Shown piece by piece: positions 1-9,567 of a stretch of 64,000 nt of DNA (positions are counted from its first letter, which is position 1; every line of letters starts with the position of its first letter). The stretch comes from Rhodospirillaceae bacterium (GTDB taxonomy: Bacteria > Pseudomonadota > Alphaproteobacteria > Rhodospirillales > JABJKH01). The position numbers and the translations under genes were made by a program. The DNA lies in NCBI GenBank assembly GCA_018660465.1, contig JABJKH010000007.1, forward strand, positions 16,031 through 80,030, read 5' to 3'. The notes below the pieces were generated by a model, which saw nothing but the letters and a program-made list of their open reading frames with translations, had not been told where the DNA came from and made no database searches.

Positions 1-3
1 CCC

Positions 4-2607
4 ATGGACGTTGTCATTGTAGAATCGCCGGCCAAGGCAAAGACGATAAATAAGTACCTTGGTGACGGCTATAAGGTGCTGGCCAGTTATGGCCACATCC
101 GAGACCTGCCCTCGAAGGACGGCTCAGTTCGTCCGGACGACGATTTTGCCATGGATTGGGAAGTCGATCCAAAATCCAATAAGCATCTCAAGGAAATCAC
201 CGCAGCCCTTAAAGGCGCTGACCACCTATATCTTGCGACTGACCCGGACCGCGAAGGAGAAGCGATTTCCTGGCACATGCAGGAAGTGCTGGAAAAAAAG
301 CGGGTCCTGAAAGGCATCGATATTAAACGGGTGGTGTTCAACGAAATTACCAAGTCAGCCATTCTCGAAGCATTTAAACATCCCCGCGACCTGGACCGTG
401 AACTTGTCGATGCGTACCTTGCGCGCCGTGCGCTGGATTATCTCGTCGGGTTTAATCTATCGCCGGTTTTATGGCGGAAGCTTCCGGGCAGCAGGTCTGC
501 TGGAAGAGTTCAGTCCGTCGCCTTACGCTTGATCTGTGATCGGGAGACAGAGATTGAGCTTTTCCGCCCGCAGGAATACTGGACGGTTACCGCAGACTTT
601 AATAATGCTGCCGACAAAAAATTCACCGCCAATCTGACCCACCTTGATGGAACCAAGCTAGACAAGATGTCGCTGACCGATGAAGCAAAAGCGAAAAACG
701 CTGTTGCCGCCATTGAGGCAGGTGATTTCTCCATCGCTAAGGTCGAGCGCAAGCAATCCCGGCGCAACCCTGCAGCCCCCTTCACCACATCCACTCTACA
801 ACAAGAAGCAGCCCGTAAACTTTACTTTGGTGCCAAGCGCACCATGCAGGTGGCACAGAAGCTTTATGAAGGCATTAATCTTGGTGGCGAGACCGTGGGC
901 CTAATTACTTACATGCGGACCGATGGCGTCACGATTGCCGCGAGTGCGATTGACGATTGCCGCAAGGTGATCGGCCAACAGTATGGCGACAACTACGTGC
1001 CGAAATCGCCCCGTGTCTATAAGACCAAGGCGAAAAATGCTCAAGAAGCTCACGAAGCTGTCCGTCCAACTGACGTGAGCAGGCTGCCTAAGGACATTGC
1101 TTCTTACTTAGATGATGACCAGCGCAAGCTCTACGACCTGATCTGGAAACGGACCGTCGCCAGCCAAATGGAAGCCGCTGTGTTGGATCAAGTCGGCGCG
1201 GACATTAAAGCGAATGGCACAATTTTACGCGCGACAGGTTCTGTCATTGCCTTCGATGGTTTTTATAAGCTTTACCGTGAAGGCATCGACGATAGTGACG
1301 ACAAGGACGGCGAGCGCATTTTGCCTGACCTTAAAGAAGGCGAAAAGGTCGAGCGTTTAAAGGTTGACCCTGAACAACACTTCACCCAACCGCCACCGCG
1401 TTTTTCAGAAGCCAGCCTTGTGAAGCGACTTGAAGAACTGGGCATTGGCCGTCCTTCCACATACGCGTCGATCATATCTGTTCTTCAAGACCGGAACTAT
1501 GTCGTCATCGACAAACGCCGGTTTATTCCTGAAGATAGAGGACGCTTGGTTACAGCTTTTCTTTCCAGTTTCTTCCCGCGCTACGTTGAATTTAATTTCA
1601 CCGCCGAACTGGAAAACCAGCTCGACGATATATCTGGCGGACGAATTGAGTGGAAGTCTGTTCTCAAAGACTTCTGGAAGCTGTTCAGTGCGTCTGTTGA
1701 CGAGACCAAGGAACTCCGCGTTCGGGACGTCCTGAACGCCCTGGACGATCTTCTCGGGCCGCATTTCTTCCCAGAGGTTGAAGGCGGCAAGGACACCCGT
1801 ATCTGTCCGACCTGCAATGAAGGACGACTGAATCTCAAGCTTGGTAAATTCGGTGCCTTCATCGGTTGTGCCAATTATCCCGAATGCAAATTCACCCGAC
1901 CTCTTGTGGTCGATACTGGTGAAGAGGGTGATGCCACTAATGCTGGGCCAGTTCTCTTGGGCAAGCACCCAGAACTCGACCTCGACGTCACACTGCGCAA
2001 AGGCCCTTATGGTCACTATGTACAGTTGGGTGAAGAAGTCGTTGTCGATAAGAAAAAGAAAAAACCGAAGCGGTCCTCGTTAGCGAAAAATATGGACCCT
2101 GCATCGGTCGATCTGGAAAAAGCACTGGCCCTGCTGTCACTTCCCCGCGACGTGGGCTTACACCCTGAGAGCGGCAAAATGATTGCCGCCGCAATTGGAC
2201 CCTTTGGGCCTTATCTGCGTCACGACAGTCTATTTTATTCGATAAAAGGCGACGACGACGACGTCCTGACGGTTGGGCTAAATCGTGCCGTCACTATCAT
2301 CGCAGACGCGCCGAAGAAAGTGCCGCCAAAAACTCTTGGTGAGCATCCCAAAGACAAAAAGCCAGTGACGCAACGCAAGGGGCGTTGGGGGCCTTTTGTC
2401 CAGCACGGCAAAATTCGCGCGAACATTCCGAAGGATGTAGATGCTGATACGATAACGCTGGAAGAGGCGCTTAAGTTAATCGCTGCAAAAACAAAGGGTG
2501 GCAAAAAAGCGCCCGCTAAGAAAGCCGCCGCGAAAAAGAAGACGCCTGCGAAAAAGAAAACTGCGAAAAAGAAACCGGCGAAGTCATCTGCAGCATCTAG
2601 TGATTGA
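4..2607 (+). CDS. topA: DNA topoisomerase I (type IA)
   Basis: The ORF is 867 aa. It has an N-terminal Toprim region (VIVESPAKAKTINKYLG, DPDREGEAISWH) and a catalytic-Tyr region (GLITYMRTDG). It also has C-terminal Cys4 zinc-ribbon motifs (CPTC...C..C) and a Lys-rich tail. Confidence 0.97.
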   Translation: MDVVIVESPAKAKTINKYLGDGYKVLASYGHIRDLPSKDGSVRPDDDFAMDWEVDPKSNKHLKEITAALKGADHLYLATDPDREGEAISWHMQEVLEKKRVLKGIDIKRVVFNEITKSAILEAFKHPRDLDRELVDAYLARRALDYLVGFNLSPVLWRKLPGSRSAGRVQSVALRLICDRETEIELFRPQEYWTVTADFNNAADKKFTANLTHLDGTKLDKMSLTDEAKAKNAVAAIEAGDFSIAKVERKQSRRNPAAPFTTSTLQQEAARKLYFGAKRTMQVAQKLYEGINLGGETVGLITYMRTDGVTIAASAIDDCRKVIGQQYGDNYVPKSPRVYKTKAKNAQEAHEAVRPTDVSRLPKDIASYLDDDQRKLYDLIWKRTVASQMEAAVLDQVGADIKANGTILRATGSVIAFDGFYKLYREGIDDSDDKDGERILPDLKEGEKVERLKVDPEQHFTQPPPRFSEASLVKRLEELGIGRPSTYASIISVLQDRNYVVIDKRRFIPEDRGRLVTAFLSSFFPRYVEFNFTAELENQLDDISGGRIEWKSVLKDFWKLFSASVDETKELRVRDVLNALDDLLGPHFFPEVEGGKDTRICPTCNEGRLNLKLGKFGAFIGCANYPECKFTRPLVVDTGEEGDATNAGPVLLGKHPELDLDVTLRKGPYGHYVQLGEEVVVDKKKKKPKRSSLAKNMDPASVDLEKALALLSLPRDVGLHPESGKMIAAAIGPFGPYLRHDSLFYSIKGDDDDVLTVGLNRAVTIIADAPKKVPPKTLGEHPKDKKPVTQRKGRWGPFVQHGKIRANIPKDVDADTITLEEALKLIAAKTKGGKKAPAKKAAAKKKTPAKKKTAKKKPAKSSAASSD

Positions 2608-2625
2608 TCCGAAGGATTAACCTAG

Positions 2626-4875
2626 GTGCCTTCGCCCCCCAAGCGCCAGCGTTTCCCATCTAAAAAGGAAATTCTTACCTATATCCAAGAGAACCCGAAC
2701 AAAGTCGGCAAGCGCGATATTGCGCGCGCCTTCGGCCTTATTGGATCACAACGGGTAAAGCTAAAAGACATCCTGCGCGAAATGAAAACGGAAGGTCTTA
2801 TTGCCCAAGGACGCGGCAGAAGATTTGCTGAAAAGGGAACCTTGCCGGATGTCACGGTCCTAACCGTCATTGGACCTGACAAAGACGGTGACGTTTTGGC
2901 GAAACCTAAAGACTGGAACGAAGAGGGCGAGCCGCCGCTGATTTATCTGGCCCCCCATCGCCAAGCGCCAGGGCCTGGTGATCTAGTATTGGCGAAACTC
3001 AAAAAGCTTAAAGACGGCACCTACGAAGCCAGCGTCATGCATCGCATTGGCGGGGCCGAGCGCCGCGATAGCGTCTTGGGCGTATTTGAAATGGTGAAGG
3101 GTCAGGGTCGCCTGCGCCCCACCGATCGCCGACAACGATATGAATTTTTTATCGCCTGCGGCGACGATGGCGATGCCAAGCCAGGTGAACTGGTCCGCGC
3201 CGAAGTTATCCCCGGAAAACAGTTGGGACTCCGCCAAGCCCGAGTCCTGGAACGCCTGGGCGACACACAAGGTGCAAAATCGGTCAGCCTGATCGCCCTC
3301 CACGAACGCGACATCCCAATTGATTTTTCCGATGGTGCCTTGGCGCAAGCGGAAAAGGCAAAGGCCGCGCCTCACAAAGGACGGGACGACCTGCGTAAAA
3401 TTCCGCTCGTCACCATTGATGGTGCCGATGCGCGGGATTTCGACGATGCGGTCTGGGCCGAACCTGATGACTCTCAAAACAACCCCGGCGGCTGGCACCT
3501 GATCGTCGCCATTGCCGATGTGGCTTGGTACGTTCGACCGGGGGATGATTTGGACCGGAGTGCATATGAGCGGGGAAATTCGGTTTATTTTCCGGACCGG
3601 GTCGTTCCCATGCTGCCAGAGGTCCTTTCGAACGGTTGGTGTTCACTGCGCCCGAACGAGGACCGTCCCTGTCTGGCGGCTCATATGTGGATTGATGCGA
3701 ACGGACGACTTCTCAAGCACAAGTTTATCCGCGCCACGCTCTGCTCCGCCGCGCGACTGACCTATGAGCAGGTTCAGGCGGCCAGAGACGGTAACCCGGA
3801 CGATGCGACTGGCCCGTTGATGGAGAGCGTCATAAACCCCCTCTACGGCGCTTTTGAGGCCTTGTTAAAAGATCGCTCCAAACGCGGCGTACTCGAACTC
3901 GACCTTCCCGAACGTCAAATTCACGTGGATGATGAAGGCACAGTGACCGGGGTTTCCATTCGGCAGCGTTTCGAGTCCCATAAATTGATCGAAGAATTCA
4001 TGATTGCCGCCAACGTCGCGGCTGCAGAAACGTTGGAAAAACAGAAACAACCCTGCATGTACCGCATCCACAACGAACCCACGTTAGATAAGCTGGAAGC
4101 GTTAAGGCAGTTCTTGGATGGTATTGGCATCAACTTTGCCAAAGGTCAGAAGATCATGCCAGACCACTTCAATGACATTTTGGAAAAAGTCGCGGATACA
4201 CCGAACGCTAACATGGTCAACACGGTGGTCCTACGGAGCCAGTCCCAGGCCGAGTACTCACCCAACAACATCGGGCATTTTGGCTTGGCGCTTCATCGGT
4301 ATTGTCACTTCACCTCCCCCATCCGGCGCTATTCAGACTTGTTGGTTCATCGGGCACTAATCGAAGGGGGCGGGCTTGGCGCTGGAAATATTGGTGATAA
4401 ATTTGGTGACTTCGAAAATATCGGCGAGCACCTGTCTGATACCGAGCGCCGTGCAGCACAGGCTGAACGCGACGCCGTAGACCGTTTTAGTGCTGCATTT
4501 TTAGCAGATCGCGTGGGCGCAGAATTCCCAGCCCGAATTAACGGCGTCACACGGTTCGGATTATTCATCACCCTGGAGGAGACCGGTGCCGACGGTTTGA
4601 TCCCGATCAGGGACTTACCAGACGACTATTATATTCACGACGAAGCCCATCATATGTTGCGCGGACGGCAGAATAAGCGCGAATTTCGGTTGGGCCAAAC
4701 CTTGCGAGTCGTCCTGATGGAAGCGACCCCGCTTACCGGCGGCCTGATTTTTAGGCTCTCAGAGCCAGGGACCGAAAAAATCAGAAAACTGCCCCCCCGT
4801 GGGAAGCCACATAAAAAATCACGTGGAAAATCAAAGGCTTCTCGTCGACGCGGCCGAGCGGATTCTAAAAAATAA
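2626..4875 (+). CDS. rnr: Ribonuclease R (RNB-family 3'-5' exoribonuclease)
   Basis: The ORF is 749 aa with a GTG start. RNB motifs are present (DGADARDFDDAV, HFGLAL..YCHFTSPIRRYSDLLVHR). A C-terminal S1-like region and a basic tail follow. Confidence 0.93.
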   Translation: MPSPPKRQRFPSKKEILTYIQENPNKVGKRDIARAFGLIGSQRVKLKDILREMKTEGLIAQGRGRRFAEKGTLPDVTVLTVIGPDKDGDVLAKPKDWNEEGEPPLIYLAPHRQAPGPGDLVLAKLKKLKDGTYEASVMHRIGGAERRDSVLGVFEMVKGQGRLRPTDRRQRYEFFIACGDDGDAKPGELVRAEVIPGKQLGLRQARVLERLGDTQGAKSVSLIALHERDIPIDFSDGALAQAEKAKAAPHKGRDDLRKIPLVTIDGADARDFDDAVWAEPDDSQNNPGGWHLIVAIADVAWYVRPGDDLDRSAYERGNSVYFPDRVVPMLPEVLSNGWCSLRPNEDRPCLAAHMWIDANGRLLKHKFIRATLCSAARLTYEQVQAARDGNPDDATGPLMESVINPLYGAFEALLKDRSKRGVLELDLPERQIHVDDEGTVTGVSIRQRFESHKLIEEFMIAANVAAAETLEKQKQPCMYRIHNEPTLDKLEALRQFLDGIGINFAKGQKIMPDHFNDILEKVADTPNANMVNTVVLRSQSQAEYSPNNIGHFGLALHRYCHFTSPIRRYSDLLVHRALIEGGGLGAGNIGDKFGDFENIGEHLSDTERRAAQAERDAVDRFSAAFLADRVGAEFPARINGVTRFGLFITLEETGADGLIPIRDLPDDYYIHDEAHHMLRGRQNKREFRLGQTLRVVLMEATPLTGGLIFRLSEPGTEKIRKLPPRGKPHKKSRGKSKASRRRGRADSKK

Positions 4876-4952
4876 TTCAGCCCATGGTGTTGTTTCCGGC
4901 AAAAAAAAATCCGCTAGTGACGAATTCGAAAAAATCGCAGAAAATAGACACC

Positions 4953-6575
4953 ATGAGGGGAAATCATACGAACTGGTCTGGTTTACTGTTGGTACTGACG
5001 GCGGGGGTCCTTGCGGCTTGCGCCCAAATGCAGCAACCACCCGTCGTAGATAAGTCCCCTGTTCCGTACAAACAAGCGACCGAAATGTTCCTAGCCGGAT
5101 ATACCCATATCGCGGAAAAATATATTGAAAAAATCCCGGCGTCTCAAATGGCGATGGAAGGCATACGGGGTCTTGGGTCCATCGACCCAGCACTGACGGT
5201 AAAAAGGGTCGACGATAAAATTTTCTTGCCCACGTCGGATCCAGAGGAAGAGCCAAATTACTTCGATGCGCCGGCCGACAACGACATAAAGGGATGGGCG
5301 GATCTGACCGTAAAAATTTGGTCAGAGGGGCGCAAAGCTTCTCCAGAACTTTTTAATTCCTCACCAGAAAAACTGTACGAAGCGGTTTTCGACGGCGCGC
5401 TGTCAAAACTAGATATCTATTCGCGGTACTCCGGTCTTAAAGAAGCGACTCGCAACCGCGCCCGTCGTGAAGGCTTCGGCGGTATTGGTATTCGTTTTAA
5501 GGTTTCAAGCAAGTCCGTCCGCATCACCCGGATCATCAAAAAGACCCCCGCGGCACGCTCTGGTCTGCTTGTTGGTGACCTAATTCTCCGCGTCGGCTCC
5601 ATCCCCGTTGTTGGGCTTTCATCGCGTGATGTTTCTGACCAACTACGCGGTCGAATTGATAGCAAGGTCAAATTGACCATCTCACGCGGGTCAGAACCCA
5701 CACCGAGAATCTTCCTTCTCGAACGACACTTGATTGTTGCGCCAACGGTCAAAGCCAAAATTAATGACGGCATCGTGTTTATGAAAATCTCGGGCTTTAA
5801 TCAGCAAACATCTCGCGACCTCGCCAAGAAAATGCAACACCTGCGAAATGTTCACGGACATAAAATCAGAGGTGTCGTCTTAGATCTTCGGGGCAACCCC
5901 GGCGGCCTTTTAAATCAGGCGATCAAGATTGCCGATTTATTTCTTGATCACGGCAAAATCGTTAGCACCAGAGGTCGACACCCGGAAAGCATTCAATATT
6001 ACGAAGCCGGCGGGCGCGATATTGCCCGTGGATTACCGCTGATCCTTCTCATGGACGGAAGATCAGCATCTTCGTCAGAGGTCCTGGCTGCTGCGCTGCA
6101 AGATCAGGGACGCGCTGTGATCATCGGCACGACATCTTTTGGCAAAGGCACAGTCCAAACTGTCATTCGAATGCCTAACAATGGCGAAATCACCCTCACG
6201 TGGTCACGCCTTTATTCTCCCGCAGGCTACGTCCTGCATGGCCTGGGCTTGCGACCGAGTTTCTGCACCAGTGGAAGCGGTGAAATGAAGAACAAGGATT
6301 TATTTGCGTCGATCGCTGATGAGAAATTAGTTCGCCAAGCCTTTAAATCTTGGCGAAACACGGGAATTTATAAGCAAGCTCAACGTTCAAAGCTCCGCGC
6401 CAGTTGTCCTGCTGAAAGACGCAAGAAAGCGGTTGAAGTCCGCGCCGCGCGGAACTTGCTCAACAATGTTGAACTCTACGCTCGAGCGCTGGCATTGGCA
6501 GCTTTTGATGCTAAAAAACCCGTGGAAGAAGCGATCAAGGCACCAAAACAAAACATCACCAATGCTCCTCAGTAA
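4953..6575 (+). CDS. S41-family C-terminal processing peptidase with PDZ domain (lipoprotein-like signal)
   Basis: I chose the internal ATG at 4953 because it gives a signal/lipobox-like N-terminus (LLLVLTAGVLAAC). S41 motifs are LDLRGNPGGLL, GRSASSSEVLAAALQD and FGKGTVQ. The full ORF extends upstream to 4884. Confidence 0.85.
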   Translation: MRGNHTNWSGLLLVLTAGVLAACAQMQQPPVVDKSPVPYKQATEMFLAGYTHIAEKYIEKIPASQMAMEGIRGLGSIDPALTVKRVDDKIFLPTSDPEEEPNYFDAPADNDIKGWADLTVKIWSEGRKASPELFNSSPEKLYEAVFDGALSKLDIYSRYSGLKEATRNRARREGFGGIGIRFKVSSKSVRITRIIKKTPAARSGLLVGDLILRVGSIPVVGLSSRDVSDQLRGRIDSKVKLTISRGSEPTPRIFLLERHLIVAPTVKAKINDGIVFMKISGFNQQTSRDLAKKMQHLRNVHGHKIRGVVLDLRGNPGGLLNQAIKIADLFLDHGKIVSTRGRHPESIQYYEAGGRDIARGLPLILLMDGRSASSSEVLAAALQDQGRAVIIGTTSFGKGTVQTVIRMPNNGEITLTWSRLYSPAGYVLHGLGLRPSFCTSGSGEMKNKDLFASIADEKLVRQAFKSWRNTGIYKQAQRSKLRASCPAERRKKAVEVRAARNLLNNVELYARALALAAFDAKKPVEEAIKAPKQNITNAPQ

Positions 6576-6607
6576 AGTCTTGTACCTTGCCAAGAGCATG
6601 ACGACGC

Positions 6608-6635
6608 TTGACAGCAGCGTACGGCGCTGTATTTT
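6608..6635 (+). promoter_or_regulatory. Candidate sigma70-type promoter for rpmG (TTGACA, 16-nt spacer, TATTTT)
   Basis: TTGACA lies at 6608-6613 and TATTTT at 6630-6635, about 55 nt upstream of the rpmG ATG. This is pattern-only evidence. Confidence 0.3.
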
Positions 6636-6691
6636 GCGCGCCAGAACACAGTATCGCGCACAATATACCTTTTGAAACCGGACACCCGATC

Positions 6692-6859
6692 ATGGCGAAA
6701 CCAAGTACCATTCTCATTAAGCTGGTCAGCACTGCGGACACGGGCTTTTATTACGTGACCAAGAAAAATCCTCGGACATCTACTGAAAAAATGGAATTTC
6801 GGAAGTATGATCCGGTGGCACGCAAGCATGTCATGTTCAAGGAAGCGAAGATCAAGTAA
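6692..6859 (+). CDS. rpmG: 50S ribosomal protein L33
   Basis: The 55-aa product [55 protein letters not shown] is a typical L33 sequence. The start is the internal ATG of the tracked ORF 6608..6859. Confidence 0.95.
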   Translation: MAKPSTILIKLVSTADTGFYYVTKKNPRTSTEKMEFRKYDPVARKHVMFKEAKIK

Positions 6860-6902
6860 CGTTGATCATCCTGCGAGCTGCAAAACAATGTAGCTTCAAA
6901 AT

Positions 6903-6937
6903 AAAACCGCCTATGACATACGCCAGGGCGGTTTTTT
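6903..6937 (+). terminator. Rho-independent terminator, probably bidirectional (rpmG / divK convergent pair)
   Basis: The sequence aaaaccgcc...ggcggtttttt forms a hairpin with a T-run on the + strand and an A-run on the 5' side. It sits between the convergent stops at 6859 and 6960. Confidence 0.6.
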
Positions 6938-6959
6938 CTTTCCCGAAATCAGAAGAAAT

Positions 6960-7325
6960 CTAGTTCAGAAATTTGTTAATTGTCTCTAGCAAATTTGGAA
7001 CAGATATGGGCTTGGCAATATAGCCTTCGCATCCACCTTCGCGGATTTTTTCCTCGTCGCCTTTCATTGCGAACGCGGTGACTGCAATAACCGGGATTGC
7101 CTTTAACTCATCATCGGCCTTCAACATTTTTGTGACTTCCAGTCCCGAAATCTCCGGCAATTGGATGTCCATCAAGATAAGATCTGGTTCATGCTCACGC
7201 GCCAAATCTAGTGCCTCACGCCCATCGTGGGTCTGCACCGTTTCATAGCCATGCGCCTGCAATAGATCGTTAAATAGTTTCATGTTGAGTTCGTTATCCT
7301 CAACAATCAATATCTTTTGCGCCAT
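6960..7325 (-). CDS. divK: Single-domain response regulator, DivK orthologue
   Basis: The 121-aa receiver domain matches Caulobacter DivK as I recall it across long stretches: [60 protein letters not shown]. Confidence 0.85.
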   Translation of the reverse strand: MAQKILIVEDNELNMKLFNDLLQAHGYETVQTHDGREALDLAREHEPDLILMDIQLPEISGLEVTKMLKADDELKAIPVIAVTAFAMKGDEEKIREGGCEGYIAKPISVPNLLETINKFLN

Positions 7326-7564
7326 TCTGTCTCTCTCTTAGCCAACATGCCGTCCCACTCCGGGAACGATCAAAGTTAGCGATTGAACAACTAAGATCAG
7401 TTGCTAATAAATAAACTTGATATCTAATTAATGTAAAACGAACCAAGCATCACGATAAATTCAGCATTCTTCGGGCTGATCATGGATGATTCATTTGCCT
7501 GTGTCAAATTGCTGAAATTTATCAAAAAAAAACGAATCCACTCAGACTAATATCGTTGCCGTCG

Positions 7565-8269
7565 CTACCCCTGAACTTCCTCTACTAAGCCCTCTAATTG
7601 TTCTAAGTCATGAATGATTAGGGAGTTTTTCGTGCGCTCTACAATGCCCTTACGGGCCAAATCATTCATCACCCGGGCCACAGTCTCCCGCGTGGTGCTA
7701 ACCCGGCTCGCGATGTCACCATGCACAGGGATCGGTTTTAAAATAACTTGGTTTTGGATGCCGTCGAACTCGTCACTTGCCTGTGCCAATCGCAATAAAT
7801 CCACATGAACGCGGTTATTGGCACCCAGGGTGCTCAAATCCATAATCCGTTCCGTTGAAAACCGAACAAGGCGGCACAAGTGCTGCATAATAGCCAGAGC
7901 GAGTGCCGGAATTTCTTCCAATAAGGCCAAGAACCTGCTGGAGGGCATAACAACGATCAGGCAATCGGTAAGTGCCATAACACTGGCTGACCGCGGCTCG
8001 CCATCAATCGCCGCCAACTCACCAAACTGTTGGCCATCGGTCACGTCGTCCAGAGTTACTTCGCGCCCGGAAAATGAATAATTCACCACCCGAACCTTCC
8101 CCTTAACCACGAAGAAGATATCCTTGGTCTGGGCGTGACGGTCAAAGATTTGTTCGCCGGCGGCAAATTTTTTGTAGCGGCAATGGGTCTCGACCTCGGC
8201 CAACGCCGCAGGCGGGACGTCTTGCAGCAACTTTATGCCCGTCAGGACCTTCGGCGTATTATCCGGCAC
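7565..8269 (-). CDS. Crp/Fnr-family transcriptional regulator (cNMP-binding domain + C-terminal HTH)
   Basis: The 234-aa protein has a phosphate-binding-cassette-like FGELAAIDGEPRSASVMA and a C-terminal HTH (SRVSTTRETVARVMNDLARKG). It lacks an FNR-type N-terminal Cys cluster. Confidence 0.85.
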   Translation of the reverse strand: MPDNTPKVLTGIKLLQDVPPAALAEVETHCRYKKFAAGEQIFDRHAQTKDIFFVVKGKVRVVNYSFSGREVTLDDVTDGQQFGELAAIDGEPRSASVMALTDCLIVVMPSSRFLALLEEIPALALAIMQHLCRLVRFSTERIMDLSTLGANNRVHVDLLRLAQASDEFDGIQNQVILKPIPVHGDIASRVSTTRETVARVMNDLARKGIVERTKNSLIIHDLEQLEGLVEEVQG

Positions 8270-8405
8270 GTCGCTGATACCCCCACCAAGCGGCCTTAGA
8301 ATTCAATATTACCTGCATCCTACGAATATAGGTATTTCCCAATGGTATAACACCCTGAGTAATATACAAATATTTCAATAGGTGCGCCTTCCTATTTCTA
8401 CCGCG

Positions 8406-9404
8406 CTATAGTCTCGGATGCAAAGGTTCCCGTGGTTCATTTAGGATGTCAAAATTTAAAAACGATAGAAAAAGCTGCATTCCGACAATAATTGGTAAGG
8501 CTGCAATCATGACAGAGCCGGTTGTCGCCGTTACACCCGTTGTCGAAGAAAGCCACCATTGATAGCCCCCGAACACAGCGCCAAACAAGATCAGAAGCGG
8601 CCCCAAGACAACCTCAATAGAAGCAACGGAAAAATTTCTGAGAAAATAACTATAAATAATTCGCTTAAATGTGTTGCTGATATTCCGACACAGGAATTCG
8701 CCGATCACGTTCATAATTTTCAAATTGCTGACTTCATCACCGTACTTGGCTGACATCGGAAAGTCGGAAACGACGGCCCGCATGACATTCAAATGAAATA
8801 GCATGTCGGATTCAAAGAAATAGCGCTTGGCAATTTTTTCCATCGGCAATTGCTCCGCCACCTTGGCGTGAATTGCGGTAAATCCATTCGTCGGGTCGAA
8901 TGAGTTCCAATATCCACTGGAAACCTTGGTCATAAACGATAGCAAGGCGTTGCCGACAAGCCTAATTTTGGGCATTTCACGAAGGTCACTCGGGTTATAA
9001 AAGCGATTACCCTTACAGTAGTCTGCAACGCCTGAGATTATTGGGCCGATTAGTTTGTTAATCAGTGCTGGATTCATCTGCCCGTCACCATCGACTTTAA
9101 CAATTATGTCCGCGCCATCGGCCATGGCTTGGCGGTAACCGGTCATAACGGCCCCACCAACGCCTTGATTTGTCTCGTTATATAAGACTGTAACCCTATC
9201 TGAGTTTATATTTTCAGCAATGAGCTTGCCGCTCTTTTCCGGACACCCATCATCAATCACATAAATCGCGTGACATTCAGGTCCAATCCCGTCCACGACC
9301 CCAATGATATGCCGGCTGACCTTATACGAAGGAATTACAACAGCAACCTTAGGAGGCACCGTTTGGGGATCGGGGCTATTTTTTCCGGACTCAGACAACG
9401 CCAT
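8406..9404 (-). CDS. Family 2 glycosyltransferase with C-terminal TM helices (GtrB/ArnC/DPM1-like polyprenyl-phosphate sugar synthase type)
   Basis: Motifs are VVIPSYKVS, IDDGCPEKSG and VDGDGQMNP (DxD-like), with two C-terminal hydrophobic helices. I prefer the ATG start at 9404. The tracked ORF extends to a TTG at 9503. Confidence 0.8.
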   Translation of the reverse strand: MALSESGKNSPDPQTVPPKVAVVIPSYKVSRHIIGVVDGIGPECHAIYVIDDGCPEKSGKLIAENINSDRVTVLYNETNQGVGGAVMTGYRQAMADGADIIVKVDGDGQMNPALINKLIGPIISGVADYCKGNRFYNPSDLREMPKIRLVGNALLSFMTKVSSGYWNSFDPTNGFTAIHAKVAEQLPMEKIAKRYFFESDMLFHLNVMRAVVSDFPMSAKYGDEVSNLKIMNVIGEFLCRNISNTFKRIIYSYFLRNFSVASIEVVLGPLLILFGAVFGGYQWWLSSTTGVTATTGSVMIAALPIIVGMQLFLSFLNFDILNEPREPLHPRL

Positions 9405-9567
9405 CAACAGATCCGTTTTAATTTCAACACATTGCGCGGCAAAACCAAGTCTATGGCTTCGCCGATTCCCTGACAACCTGTTAGGGCAGTAATTAATCGC
9501 CAATTGTTACGGAAGCTACTGGAGAATTATCGATCCGAGGCCGATTAATCCTCTGGGTGACTAGGAA

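Noticed and set aside
1405-2016. 203-aa antisense ORF inside topA, and similar ORFs at 2983..3498 inside rnr, 12126..12593 inside the GT-C-like gene, 53777..54334 inside the ACAD-fold gene and 36266..36802 opposite the cupin/methyltransferase genes.
   Set aside because: All lie fully within strongly supported genes on the opposite strand and show no recognisable motifs. They are typical shadow ORFs.
7326-7564. Searched the divK upstream region for CtrA boxes (TTAA-N7-TTAAC) and FNR/CRP boxes.
   Set aside because: I found only partial half-sites (for example cttgatatctaattaa). Nothing matched a full consensus.
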